Assembly (NCBI GenBank): GCA_022600195.1
Contig: JAHZKX010000068.1
Span: 2,184-66,183, forward strand
Reading direction: 5' to 3'
Length of the DNA: 64,000 nucleotides
Origin: Planctomycetota bacterium
GTDB lineage: Bacteria > Planctomycetota > Planctomycetia > Planctomycetales > Planctomycetaceae
A program made the translations under genes and the position numbers. Within the stretch, counting starts at the first letter, position 1; each line of letters opens with the position of its first letter. The notes below the pieces were generated by a model. That model saw only the letters and a program-made list of their open reading frames with translations, ran no database searches and had not been told where the DNA came from. Of the stretch, positions 32,123 through 41,282 are shown piece by piece.

Positions 32123-32144
32123 TGACACCGGAGGACCGGTGTCA
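32123..32144. promoter_or_regulatory. Inverted repeat, candidate operator upstream of the DUF1549/1553 operon
   Basis: TGACACCGG-AGGA-CCGGTGTCA, perfect 9-4-9, about 90 bp upstream of ATG 32231. Confidence 0.45.
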
Positions 32145-32230
32145 CCAAACCTGATTCGTAATGTTTGATGTGTCACACTCTGCTTCATCTGTCACATCTT
32201 CATTACACTCCATCCTGAAGGTGCCTACCT

Positions 32231-35200
32231 ATGTTTGATTTCTCGCCGCGGTTCTTTGTATCTGGAATGCTCATCGCGTGTGTTGCAGCCAGTAGTACCA
32301 CGACACTGGCAGAGAAGTCATCCGATCAAAAGAAACAGGTGGTTGACGTTGATTTCAATCGAGACATCCGTCCGATCCTGTCCAAAAACTGCTTTCACTG
32401 CCACGGGCCAGATGAAGGCACCCGCGAAGCCGACCTGCGACTCGACCTGAGAACCGCTGCCACAGCAAAACTGGATAGTGAAACGCATGCGATTATTCCC
32501 AAGCACGTAAATCAAAGTGAACTTTATCGCCGCATTATTTCGACAGATGAATCTGAAGTCATGCCCCCTCCCGATGTCGGAGACAAATTAACAGACTCTC
32601 AAATCACATTAATCAAAGCCTGGATCGAACAGGGTGCACCGTATGCACGTCATTGGTCCTTTGTTCCGCCACAGCGTCCCAAACGTCCAACAGTCAAACT
32701 AAATAAATGGGCCGCCAACGAAATCGATTATTTTGTGCTGGCAGAGTTAGAACAGGTGGGTCTTACACCGAACCCTAAGGCAGACCGTTACACACTGATC
32801 CGTCGCCTGAGTTTCGATCTGCGCGGGTTACCTCCTACGCTGGCTGAAGTCGATCAGTTTATCAACGATTCCTCTCCCAATGCGTATGAAAAACTAGTCG
32901 ATCGTTTTCTGGCCGATCCCGCTTATGGCGAACGCTGGGCGCGTAAATGGCTGGATTTGGCGCGTTATGCAGACTCCAAAGGTTACGGCTCTGATCCACT
33001 GCGAATGACCATCTGGCGTTATCGTGACTGGGTGATCTCCGCGTTCAATCAGAACAAACCCTTCGATCAATTTACACTTGAGCAATTAGCGGGAGATCTC
33101 CTGCCGAATGCGACACTTGAACAAAAAGTGGCAACGGCGTTTCATCGCAATACCATGACTAATACGGAAGGTGGCACTGACGACGAAGAATTCCGAACCG
33201 CTGCCATCACGGATCGGGTGGATACGACTATCCAGGTCTGGATGGGACTAACCATGGGTTGTGCTAAATGCCATACCCATAAATATGACCCCATCTCGCA
33301 AAAAGAATACTATCAGCTTTATGCCTACTTCAATCAGACCGCAGACAACGATCAACCGACGGATGCCCCCACCATCATTGCCCCCACGCCTTCCATGCTG
33401 CAGGAAACCAAGCGGATCGATTCGGAAATCGTGGCGCTCAATCAGAAGTTGCAAACCCACACTAAAGAACTCGCGCTTGCTCAAGAAAAGTGGGAATCGA
33501 CATTGCATGCGAAGCCAGCGTGGAAGATTCTGAACCCATTGACCGTTAAGTCGACATCCAAAACAACGAAATTTCAAACTCTAAAAGATGGATCTATTCT
33601 GGCGACAGGCCCCGCTGCCAGAGAAAACTATATCATTGAGGCAGAACTCGAAATTCCGGCATTCAAAGCATTGCGTTTGGAAGCGCTCCCCGATGCGGGC
33701 CTGCCCTCAAAAGGGCCGGGGCGTGCCAAGGATGGCAATTTTGTATTATCACAGATCAAAGTTGACAGCATGCCTTTCAAAACGATCGATACGCCAGTGA
33801 AAGGGCAGTTTCTGCGAGTTGAACATCAGGGTAATAAAAAACAGATTCTGTCACTGGCAGAAGTCCAGGTATTCCAGGCCGACAAAAACATATCCAGCCA
33901 GGGAGCCGCTTCCCAATCGAGCACCACGCATTCCGGCACCGCGAACCTGGCCATCGATGGAAACACAAACGGTCATTTTTTTGATGCCAAATCGACCACA
34001 CATACCAATACCGAAGCAAAACCCTGGTGGGAATTGAACCTGAAAAAGGAAACTCCCGTCGATCGAATTGCGATCTGGAACCGAACTGATGGAGCCGGCG
34101 AGAGGTTATCCAACTTCAAAGTCAGCCTGCTCGACGCCAAACGAAACGTAGTCTGGCAAACGATTGTAGCAGCACCCCCTGCTCCGTCCCGCACACTGTC
34201 GGTCTCGCGTCGCAAAACAATACCCTTGAAACGCGCCATTGCCTCCTTCTCTCAAACCGGCTTCCCCGTGAAGGCGGCCATTGATCCCGCTGATAAGAAC
34301 CAGAAAGGCTGGGGCGTTGGTCCTCAACTCGGCAAAACACACAGCGCTTACTTCATTCCTGAAAACACGACTCCTGTGAAATCGGGAAAACAACGACTGA
34401 TTATCACTTTGTCTCACAATTATAAAGACCCACAATATGCATTGGGGCATTTTCGACTTTCGTACACGACGGAAACAAAACTCGAACCGCGTCTCAAAGT
34501 TTCTGATGATCTTCTCGCAATCGTCGATACCAAATCAGCAGATCGAACACCGGCTCAACAGAAAAAACTGGCCGCCTACTATCGTACGATTGCACCGGCA
34601 CTCAAACCAACGCGGGATCAAATCGCGCAGCTCAAAAAATCAAAACCTGTGTTTCCACAACTTCCCATCATGCAGGAACTGCCTGCGGACAAACAACGTA
34701 AAACCCACATTATGGTACGGGGCAGCTTCCTGACCCCTGGCGACATTGTCGAACCCGCGCTACTGAGCGCCTTTAATCCCCCGCCAGAAAAAACACCCTC
34801 AAATCGCATTGCCGTCGCCAGGTGGCTGACCTCGCCAGAAAACCCATTAACGGCCCGCGTCAACGTGAACCGCCTCTGGTCACAATTATTTGGCGCGGGG
34901 CTCGTGATTACCGAGGAGGATTTTGGTACGCAAGGCGAACTACCCAGTCATCCTGAATTACTCGACTGGCTGGCGACTGAATTCATCCGGAACGGTTGGG
35001 ACATGAAAGACCTGCTCAAAACCATGGTGATGTCAAATACCTATCAACAGTCATCAGTGACGAAACCCGAACACATCCAGAAAGACCCTCGAAACCGACT
35101 CCTCTCGCGTGGTTCTCGCTATCGACTGGAAGCAGAAATGATTCGTGATCAGGCACTGGTTATCAGTGGGTTGCTCAATCAAAAAATCGGCGGTCCTTCA

Positions 35201-35743
35201 GTTTACCCGGTACAACCTGACGGAATCTGGCGAGCCGCGTTTAATGGACAGCGCACCTGGGCCACCAGTAAAAATGCCGACCGTTTCCGTAGAGGACTCT
35301 ATACTTTCTGGCGACGAACTGTGCCCTACCCTTCGATGGCAACCTTCGATGCACCGAGCCGTGAAATCTGTACTATCAGACGCATCAGTACCAATACGCC
35401 ACTACAAGCCATGATTACGTTAAACGACCCGGTATTTATCGAAATCTCTCAGGCATTGGGGCGTCGCATTTTTAAAGAAGGCGGAAAAACACCGCGTTCC
35501 CGTATTGAATACGGTTTGAAACTAAGTCTGATTCGCCCTGCTCAGCCTGAGCAAATTGAACCGTTACTGAAACTTTATGAATCAGAATTGAAATACTATC
35601 AATCGCATCCCGAGGAAGCAGCGAAGCTCGTTGAGAATAAATTAAGCCCGCTTCCCGCTGAATACAAAAAATCGGAACTGGCAGCCTGGACCGTCATCGC
35701 CAATGTTCTGCTGAATATGGATGGCGTTCTTACAAAAGGATAA
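32231..35743 (+). CDS. Planctomycete cytochrome C + DUF1549 (PSCyt2) + beta-sandwich/F-type lectin + DUF1553 (PSD1) protein
   Basis: FNRDIRPILSKNCFHCHG, GERWARKWLDLARYADS, GCAKCHTHKYDPI, NPLTARVNVNR, TPLQA; internal AIDGN...THT...WW...NRTD. Confidence 0.92.
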   Translation: MFDFSPRFFVSGMLIACVAASSTTTLAEKSSDQKKQVVDVDFNRDIRPILSKNCFHCHGPDEGTREADLRLDLRTAATAKLDSETHAIIPKHVNQSELYRRIISTDESEVMPPPDVGDKLTDSQITLIKAWIEQGAPYARHWSFVPPQRPKRPTVKLNKWAANEIDYFVLAELEQVGLTPNPKADRYTLIRRLSFDLRGLPPTLAEVDQFINDSSPNAYEKLVDRFLADPAYGERWARKWLDLARYADSKGYGSDPLRMTIWRYRDWVISAFNQNKPFDQFTLEQLAGDLLPNATLEQKVATAFHRNTMTNTEGGTDDEEFRTAAITDRVDTTIQVWMGLTMGCAKCHTHKYDPISQKEYYQLYAYFNQTADNDQPTDAPTIIAPTPSMLQETKRIDSEIVALNQKLQTHTKELALAQEKWESTLHAKPAWKILNPLTVKSTSKTTKFQTLKDGSILATGPAARENYIIEAELEIPAFKALRLEALPDAGLPSKGPGRAKDGNFVLSQIKVDSMPFKTIDTPVKGQFLRVEHQGNKKQILSLAEVQVFQADKNISSQGAASQSSTTHSGTANLAIDGNTNGHFFDAKSTTHTNTEAKPWWELNLKKETPVDRIAIWNRTDGAGERLSNFKVSLLDAKRNVVWQTIVAAPPAPSRTLSVSRRKTIPLKRAIASFSQTGFPVKAAIDPADKNQKGWGVGPQLGKTHSAYFIPENTTPVKSGKQRLIITLSHNYKDPQYALGHFRLSYTTETKLEPRLKVSDDLLAIVDTKSADRTPAQQKKLAAYYRTIAPALKPTRDQIAQLKKSKPVFPQLPIMQELPADKQRKTHIMVRGSFLTPGDIVEPALLSAFNPPPEKTPSNRIAVARWLTSPENPLTARVNVNRLWSQLFGAGLVITEEDFGTQGELPSHPELLDWLATEFIRNGWDMKDLLKTMVMSNTYQQSSVTKPEHIQKDPRNRLLSRGSRYRLEAEMIRDQALVISGLLNQKIGGPSVYPVQPDGIWRAAFNGQRTWATSKNADRFRRGLYTFWRRTVPYPSMATFDAPSREICTIRRISTNTPLQAMITLNDPVFIEISQALGRRIFKEGGKTPRSRIEYGLKLSLIRPAQPEQIEPLLKLYESELKYYQSHPEEAAKLVENKLSPLPAEYKKSELAAWTVIANVLLNMDGVLTKG

Positions 35744-35747
35744 AGTC

Positions 35748-37199
35748 ATGAATCTGAAACAAAAACAACTTCAGGCAGTCACCCGACGTCAATTTTTAGC
35801 GAAAGGCTCCACTGGCATTGGTGCGCTTGCTTTGAGTTCACTGCTGGCTGATAACCAAAGTGTTTCTGCCAACTCACCGAAGAGTACGGAAACTCAAAAG
35901 TTCCGTCTTCCCACAAAAGCAAAGAGCGTGATCTTCCTGCATATGGCAGGTTCGCCTCCCCAGCAGGAACTGTTTGACTATAAACCCGAGTTAGTCAAAC
36001 GTAACATGCAACCTTGTCCTGATTCGTTTCTGAAAGGACGTGGCTTCCCCTTCATCAAAGGGCATCCCAAAATGCTGGGAACGCCGTACAAATTCAAACA
36101 GTGCGGTCAATCAGGCACCTGGATGAGTGAACTCTTACCGAATTTTCAGAAGGTGGCAGATGATGTTACGGTCATCAATTCGATGCACACCGATCAATTC
36201 AATCATGCGCCTGCTCAACTATTACTCTATACTGGTGCACCTCGATTTGGTGGTGCATCAATGGGTTCCTGGATCACTTACGGTCTGGGCTCTGAAAACA
36301 AGAATCTGCCAGGGTATATGGTCCTGTTAAGTGGTGGCAGTGATCCCAGTGGCGGCAAAAGTCTCTGGGGCAGTGGATTCCTGCCTTCGGTCTACCAAGG
36401 TGTGCAATGCCGTACGACGGGGGACCCCATACTGTATGTCACTAACCCCAAAGGCATTAATCGAGAAGTTCGGCGACGCAGTCTTGACGCGTTGAAATCG
36501 CTCAATGAATTCGAACTCAAACAGTTTGGTAATCCGGAAACACTGACCCGCATCAATCAGTACGAGCTTGCCTTCCGCATGCAGATGTCAGTCCCGGAAG
36601 CGGTCGCCTTGAAAAGTGAAACCAAACAGACACACGAACTCTATGGCACTACCGGAGAAACACCCTCGTTCGCTAACAACTGTCTGTTGGCCCGCCGCAT
36701 GGTGGAACGGGGTGTGCGGTTTATTCAACTGTTCGATTACGGCTGGGACATGCATGGCACAGGAAAGGGCAATGACTTGATCACAGCTGTCCCCAATAAA
36801 GCCAAAATGATCGATCAACCGTTGTATGCTCTCATCACAGACCTCAAGCAACGAGGCATGCTCGATGAAACATTGATTGTCTGGAGCGGCGAGTTTGGCA
36901 GAACGTCCATGAACGAAGAACGTAACGGTTCGAAATTCTTAGGCCGCGATCATCATCCCCACTGCTATTCCATCTGGATGGCAGGTGGCGGCATTAAAGG
37001 GGGCATGACTTACGGCAAAACGGACGAACTCGGATACTTCATCGCGGAAAAGAAAACCAGCGTCCGCGATCTGCAAAGCACGATCTTGCACCTCACCGGC
37101 CTCAACCCGCGAAAACTGAAGGTCCCCTACCAGGGTCTGGACCAAAGACTCATCGGCCCTGCTGATGAAGATCATCTGCTGAAGGACATTCTGGCTTGA
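35748..37199 (+). CDS. DUF1501 domain protein (Tat signal)
   Basis: TRRQFL, IFLHMAGSP, CLLARRMVERGVRF, GEFGRT, GRDHHP. Start ATG 35748. Confidence 0.93.
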   Translation: MNLKQKQLQAVTRRQFLAKGSTGIGALALSSLLADNQSVSANSPKSTETQKFRLPTKAKSVIFLHMAGSPPQQELFDYKPELVKRNMQPCPDSFLKGRGFPFIKGHPKMLGTPYKFKQCGQSGTWMSELLPNFQKVADDVTVINSMHTDQFNHAPAQLLLYTGAPRFGGASMGSWITYGLGSENKNLPGYMVLLSGGSDPSGGKSLWGSGFLPSVYQGVQCRTTGDPILYVTNPKGINREVRRRSLDALKSLNEFELKQFGNPETLTRINQYELAFRMQMSVPEAVALKSETKQTHELYGTTGETPSFANNCLLARRMVERGVRFIQLFDYGWDMHGTGKGNDLITAVPNKAKMIDQPLYALITDLKQRGMLDETLIVWSGEFGRTSMNEERNGSKFLGRDHHPHCYSIWMAGGGIKGGMTYGKTDELGYFIAEKKTSVRDLQSTILHLTGLNPRKLKVPYQGLDQRLIGPADEDHLLKDILA

Positions 37200-37310
37200 A
37201 TTCAAAGTGAGTTCTATTTGATCTGAATTTTCAGCACCAAAACAACGCTCTGTAGTGGAGATCGTACTGCAGCTGCATATTCCGGCAAACATGGAAAGGC
37301 TGCCGTAAAT

Positions 37311-37328
37311 TGGCAATTATAATTGCCA
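37311..37328. repeat. Perfect 18-bp palindrome in the intergenic region upstream of a sulfatase
   Basis: TGGCAATTATAATTGCCA is its own reverse complement. Confidence 0.8.
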
Positions 37329-37479
37329 CTATTGCCATGATGCTGTTTAATGAATATTCCACCATTCCATTTACCGACTCCTATCGGTGCTAAAGTAATA
37401 CAGTGAGGATGCCAATCCTGAAACGAGTATATGTATCTGTTATCTCTTTTCTTTCGTGTCGTGATCAGGTTTATAACCG

Positions 37480-38997
37480 ATGATGAATTCATTACGAACC
37501 TTGACCATCGCCTTCCTGGTGTTTTGCTGGCCTTCAGTTGATGCTCCGGCAGCCGAACAGCCCAATATCCTGATGATCATGGTTGACGATCTGCGGCCGA
37601 TGCTGGGTTGCTACGGGGATCCGCGTGCACAGACTCCGAATATTGATCGGCTCGCTTCGCGTGGAGTCGTCTTTGAACGAGCGTATTGCCAATACGCCAA
37701 ATGTGGGCCTTCGCGGCTTTCGATGATGACCGGTTTGCGACCTGATTCTATCGGTGTCTTCAACCATCGCAATGACTCAGCAACAAAATTCCGTGACCGC
37801 CAACCCGCTATCGTTTCGATGGCACGCTGGTTGAAGGATCAGGGGTACCACACACGGGGTTTAGGAAAGATCTACCACGACGGCTGGGATCTGGCATCAG
37901 ACTGGTCGAAGCCCGCGTTTCCTGGTCGAGAGAAGGAGATGTTGGAGATCTTCGACCAGAAGCATCCGGATGGACCGTCAATCATTGCCGATCGGTTTGC
38001 ATGTCCGGTGATGCAGGGACCGGACGTTCCAGACAATCACTTCTTTGCCGGCCGTATGACAGACGAAGCCATTCGTATCATTCACAAACAGGATCGCGAA
38101 AAACCAATGTTTCTCGCAGTGGGATATCGTCGCCCGCATCTTCCCTTCGTTGCCCCCAGGCGTTACTACGACCTCCACCAGCCCGACCATTCGTGGCTCG
38201 CCAAAAATCCGAATCCACCACACAATTCGCCTGTGATGGCATGGTTTAATTCGGACGGCTATGTGGACGCAGCGCGCCGTGCAAAGCTGAAGATGCCGAT
38301 TCCACCCAGCCTCGCTGAGGGCCCCTTATGGAACGGATACGAAATGCGAAGTTATTTGGGAGCCCCCAATTACGGTGTCATCGATCAAAGGCTGCAACTT
38401 AATCTCCTGCATGCCTATGCAGCATGTGTGAGCTACGTCGATACACAAATCGGTAAGCTGCTGGACGGTCTTGAGAAGACAAATCGAAGTTCAAACACCA
38501 TCATCGTCCTTTGTTCGGATCATGGCTGGCATCTCGGCGAGCAGAGTGCCTGGAGCAAAATGACAAACTTTGAAATTGCGACGCGCGTACCATTAATTAT
38601 TGTCGCTCCTGGTATAAAATCCAGCCGCACACGCAACCTGGCTGAACTGGTGGATCTCTACCCAACACTCTGTGATTTGACCGGAGTCAAAAAGCCACCG
38701 CACCTTGCAGGCGAAAGTCTGGTACCGACATTGCGACAGCCTGAGCAGCAAACAGAGTCCACAGCACTCAGTCAACACACACGTTTCGGTGAGAAATTTA
38801 TGGGGCGTGCGCTCCGCACAGACCGTCACCGCTTTGTCGTCTGGTTCGAAAAGAAAAGTGGCCGCATCGTTGAACGCGAACTCTACGATCACCAAACCGA
38901 CCCTCTGGAAACATGTAACATCGCCGGAGATCCAGATCAGGCTGATCGCATCTTAATTCTGGAAGCGCAACTTCGGATGTCATTCGGATTGCGGTGA
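37480..38997 (+). CDS. Cys-type sulfatase (iduronate-2-sulfatase-like)
   Basis: VDDLRP, CGPSR (CxPxR), GKIYH, RPHLPF, SDHGWHLGE. Confidence 0.92.
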   Translation: MMNSLRTLTIAFLVFCWPSVDAPAAEQPNILMIMVDDLRPMLGCYGDPRAQTPNIDRLASRGVVFERAYCQYAKCGPSRLSMMTGLRPDSIGVFNHRNDSATKFRDRQPAIVSMARWLKDQGYHTRGLGKIYHDGWDLASDWSKPAFPGREKEMLEIFDQKHPDGPSIIADRFACPVMQGPDVPDNHFFAGRMTDEAIRIIHKQDREKPMFLAVGYRRPHLPFVAPRRYYDLHQPDHSWLAKNPNPPHNSPVMAWFNSDGYVDAARRAKLKMPIPPSLAEGPLWNGYEMRSYLGAPNYGVIDQRLQLNLLHAYAACVSYVDTQIGKLLDGLEKTNRSSNTIIVLCSDHGWHLGEQSAWSKMTNFEIATRVPLIIVAPGIKSSRTRNLAELVDLYPTLCDLTGVKKPPHLAGESLVPTLRQPEQQTESTALSQHTRFGEKFMGRALRTDRHRFVVWFEKKSGRIVERELYDHQTDPLETCNIAGDPDQADRILILEAQLRMSFGLR

Positions 38998-39385
38998 TAC
39001 GACCCCATGTACTCATATGCTCTACGATGCCGTTCAGAAAAAGACCGTTTTCGACATCCTACTACCTAAGCTGCTGGTCCAAGAGCGCCTTCATTTTTTT
39101 CGCACCTGCCTGGACAACGACAACAGTTCACGAGCAACTTTTTTCAGATTTCTAAAGCTGGAGTCGGTCATCTGACGTGAGTTAGACGGAAACAGCCTAT
39201 GATGTGAGAATTGAATTGACATCCACTTGTCTAATGTTAGTTTATGAGGTTACATCATTCGCACGCCGCGCGTTAGGCTGCAAACCAACACCACCACCTA
39301 CATTGAATACGCAAATCAGTCTATAAACAAGTTAGTTGTAAACCATCACCGGGTTGCTCACGAATAGTGTGAATGGAAAGCGATT

Positions 39386-39754
39386 GTGACACGACGAATT
39401 AATCGTATGACTCAGAAATTTGGAGACAAATACCACATTTGGCATTTGGAGCGGATCTGGGAGGCAACTAAAGACTTACCCGTGATCAACGTTGAGATTG
39501 AGTCGCTAAAACATTTGGACGCCGTGTGCTGGTTCGACGATGGTTTCAAGGCAACCCTCCGGAACGTGGTCGAGCACTTTGTGAGAATGGAGAGTGCCGA
39601 TATCGATTATCCGATCATTCTTGACCCGAATGGTCAAATTTTTGATGGCGCCCATCGTGTCGCGAAAGCGATGGCAAATGGTCAATCGACCATTAAGGCA
39701 GTGCTGATGAATGAAGTGCCCCCACCCGATGAGATTGCTGACTCAATATACTGA
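39386..39754 (+). CDS. Small standalone ParB/Srx-like N-terminal domain protein
   Basis: YPIILDPNGQIFDGAHRVAKA (DGxHR); GGAAAG RBS before the GTG start. Confidence 0.7.
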   Translation: MTRRINRMTQKFGDKYHIWHLERIWEATKDLPVINVEIESLKHLDAVCWFDDGFKATLRNVVEHFVRMESADIDYPIILDPNGQIFDGAHRVAKAMANGQSTIKAVLMNEVPPPDEIADSIY

Positions 39755-39760
39755 GAATTC

Positions 39761-39850
39761 AGCTAACCTGGAGTTGCACGAGAGCGGGCATCATCGTTTG
39801 TCTTGAAGTCCATATACAACGCGCCCACCGCGTGAAATGTGGCGCTACTA
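39761..39850 (+). mobile_element. Degenerate integron attC-like recombination site
   Basis: AGCTAAC, 7 nt, TGCAC-GAGAGCGGGC ... GCCCACCGC-GTGA, 7 nt, C-GCT (where GTT is expected). It starts 7 bp after the ORF stop codon. Confidence 0.55.
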
Positions 39851-39967
39851 GCGTCACTATCTCATCATGACAAACCTTTATCGAATTGACGAGTAAAACA
39901 ACCATTCTTCCGAAAGTGGTCGCATTGTGCTTGAACCGATAAAGCTTCCATGACCTTCTTCAAAACC

Positions 39968-41026
39968 CTACTTTCCAAGATGGTGACTTAAGAAAGCTTT
40001 TACTTTTTTTCGTGCCAGCTTGGATTCGGGGAGATCGTAGTTAAAAACCTGGAAGATGTGCCACATGCCTTCGTAGAGGTCGAGCTTGACGGGGATGTTG
40101 GCGTTATCAAGAGCCTGATAGTGTCGCACGGCGTTGCTCAGGAAGATTTCTTTTGTTCCCGCTTGAATCAGAGTTGGTGGGAACCCTTTTGAATAATCGC
40201 CATAGACGGGTGAGACATAGGGATGCTTCTGGTCGGCCGGCGCTGCATAGGCGTCGGCACAGTTTTTAAGGTTGTTTGGATAGTACAACAGGGGATCGGC
40301 CTGTTGGAGGGTTGCGTAGGTATCTCCTGTTTCCGTAATATCCGACCAAGGTGACCATAACACAATCGCGGCGGGCATACCCAGTCCTTTATCGCGCATT
40401 TTCAAAACAACGCCAGCAGCCATGCCCCCGCCTGCAGACTCTCCATAAACGGCGATCTGATTCAGGGGATGCCCTTCTTTAATCAAAGCCTGGATCACCG
40501 CAACCACCTGATCAGTCACTTCCTGCCACTTCGCCCAGGGAGCGAGAGTGTAGTCGACCGAGATCACACGGAGCCCTGTATCATTGGCCATCGGAACCGC
40601 ACTCATCAAACGTGATTTGGCGCTGTATAACGTATAAGCTCCGCCGTGAGTGTAGACGAGCACTTTGTTGCTGTTCTTCCAGCCTTTCGGTTTGATGTCG
40701 AGAACCGGAACGCCACCCAGTTTGCGTTCGGTAATCAGAGGTTGGTATTTCTTAACAACCATCGCATTGGCTGCCGCGCGTTTCTTTTCAACTGAATCCT
40801 GCACCTCTTTCCAGGCTTCCAATTCCTCGGGAGCAGGAAGTGGCGCGGTTGCCGCGGTTCGACTGAACTCGGCGATTGCTTTCTGAGCCTGTGGAGAAAT
40901 CGTCGATGGAGCTACATAATCCTGGCCCCTGGCCGGTGGCAGATTGATTGTCATGACAAAGCAACCAATGAGAAACAGACAACTGAACCCTGTCGATTGT
41001 GAGACCATACAAAGCGTCAAATGCAT
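39968..41026 (-). CDS. Secreted alpha/beta hydrolase, HSL family IV esterase (epsilon-lactone hydrolase-like)
   Basis: YTHGGAY, GESAGG, WSD, MWHIF. Start probably ATG 41026 (GAGGA RBS) or 41008. Confidence 0.88.
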   Translation of the reverse strand: MHLTLCMVSQSTGFSCLFLIGCFVMTINLPPARGQDYVAPSTISPQAQKAIAEFSRTAATAPLPAPEELEAWKEVQDSVEKKRAAANAMVVKKYQPLITERKLGGVPVLDIKPKGWKNSNKVLVYTHGGAYTLYSAKSRLMSAVPMANDTGLRVISVDYTLAPWAKWQEVTDQVVAVIQALIKEGHPLNQIAVYGESAGGGMAAGVVLKMRDKGLGMPAAIVLWSPWSDITETGDTYATLQQADPLLYYPNNLKNCADAYAAPADQKHPYVSPVYGDYSKGFPPTLIQAGTKEIFLSNAVRHYQALDNANIPVKLDLYEGMWHIFQVFNYDLPESKLARKKVKAFLSHHLGK

Positions 41027-41282
41027 CTTATCATTCCTCTTGAGTCGATCATTGTGGGCAGCGACATGCGCAAAAGGATTAGCCCCTTCACCGAACTTCA
41101 ACTTTCTAATCGTCAGTCACTTTCGATTCTAACAGACAGAGAGTGTGTTGCAATACTCGGAGAGAATTCGAAGCTGGATGGCAGTTGATAATTTCAATGG
41201 CGGAACGACCAACGTTAAATCTGATAAATCTGGCCATTCCTTCTCTGAGAAATTGAAATCTTTTCGACGCCGCATCTCGTTT

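Noticed and set aside
37214-37492. 92-aa minus-strand ORF with a faint resemblance to a serine-hydrolase C terminus
   Set aside because: It overlaps the sulfatase start, has no clear RBS, and the similarity is too vague.
39001-39180. Possible integrase or gene remnant upstream of the cassette
   Set aside because: The three minus-strand frames I translated are closed by stops within about 30 codons and show no R-H-R-Y tyrosine recombinase motifs.
39284-39337. Second attC candidate AACCAAC...GTTAGTT
   Set aside because: The outer boxes are near-complementary but the inner L boxes do not pair, and it is only about 55 bp long.
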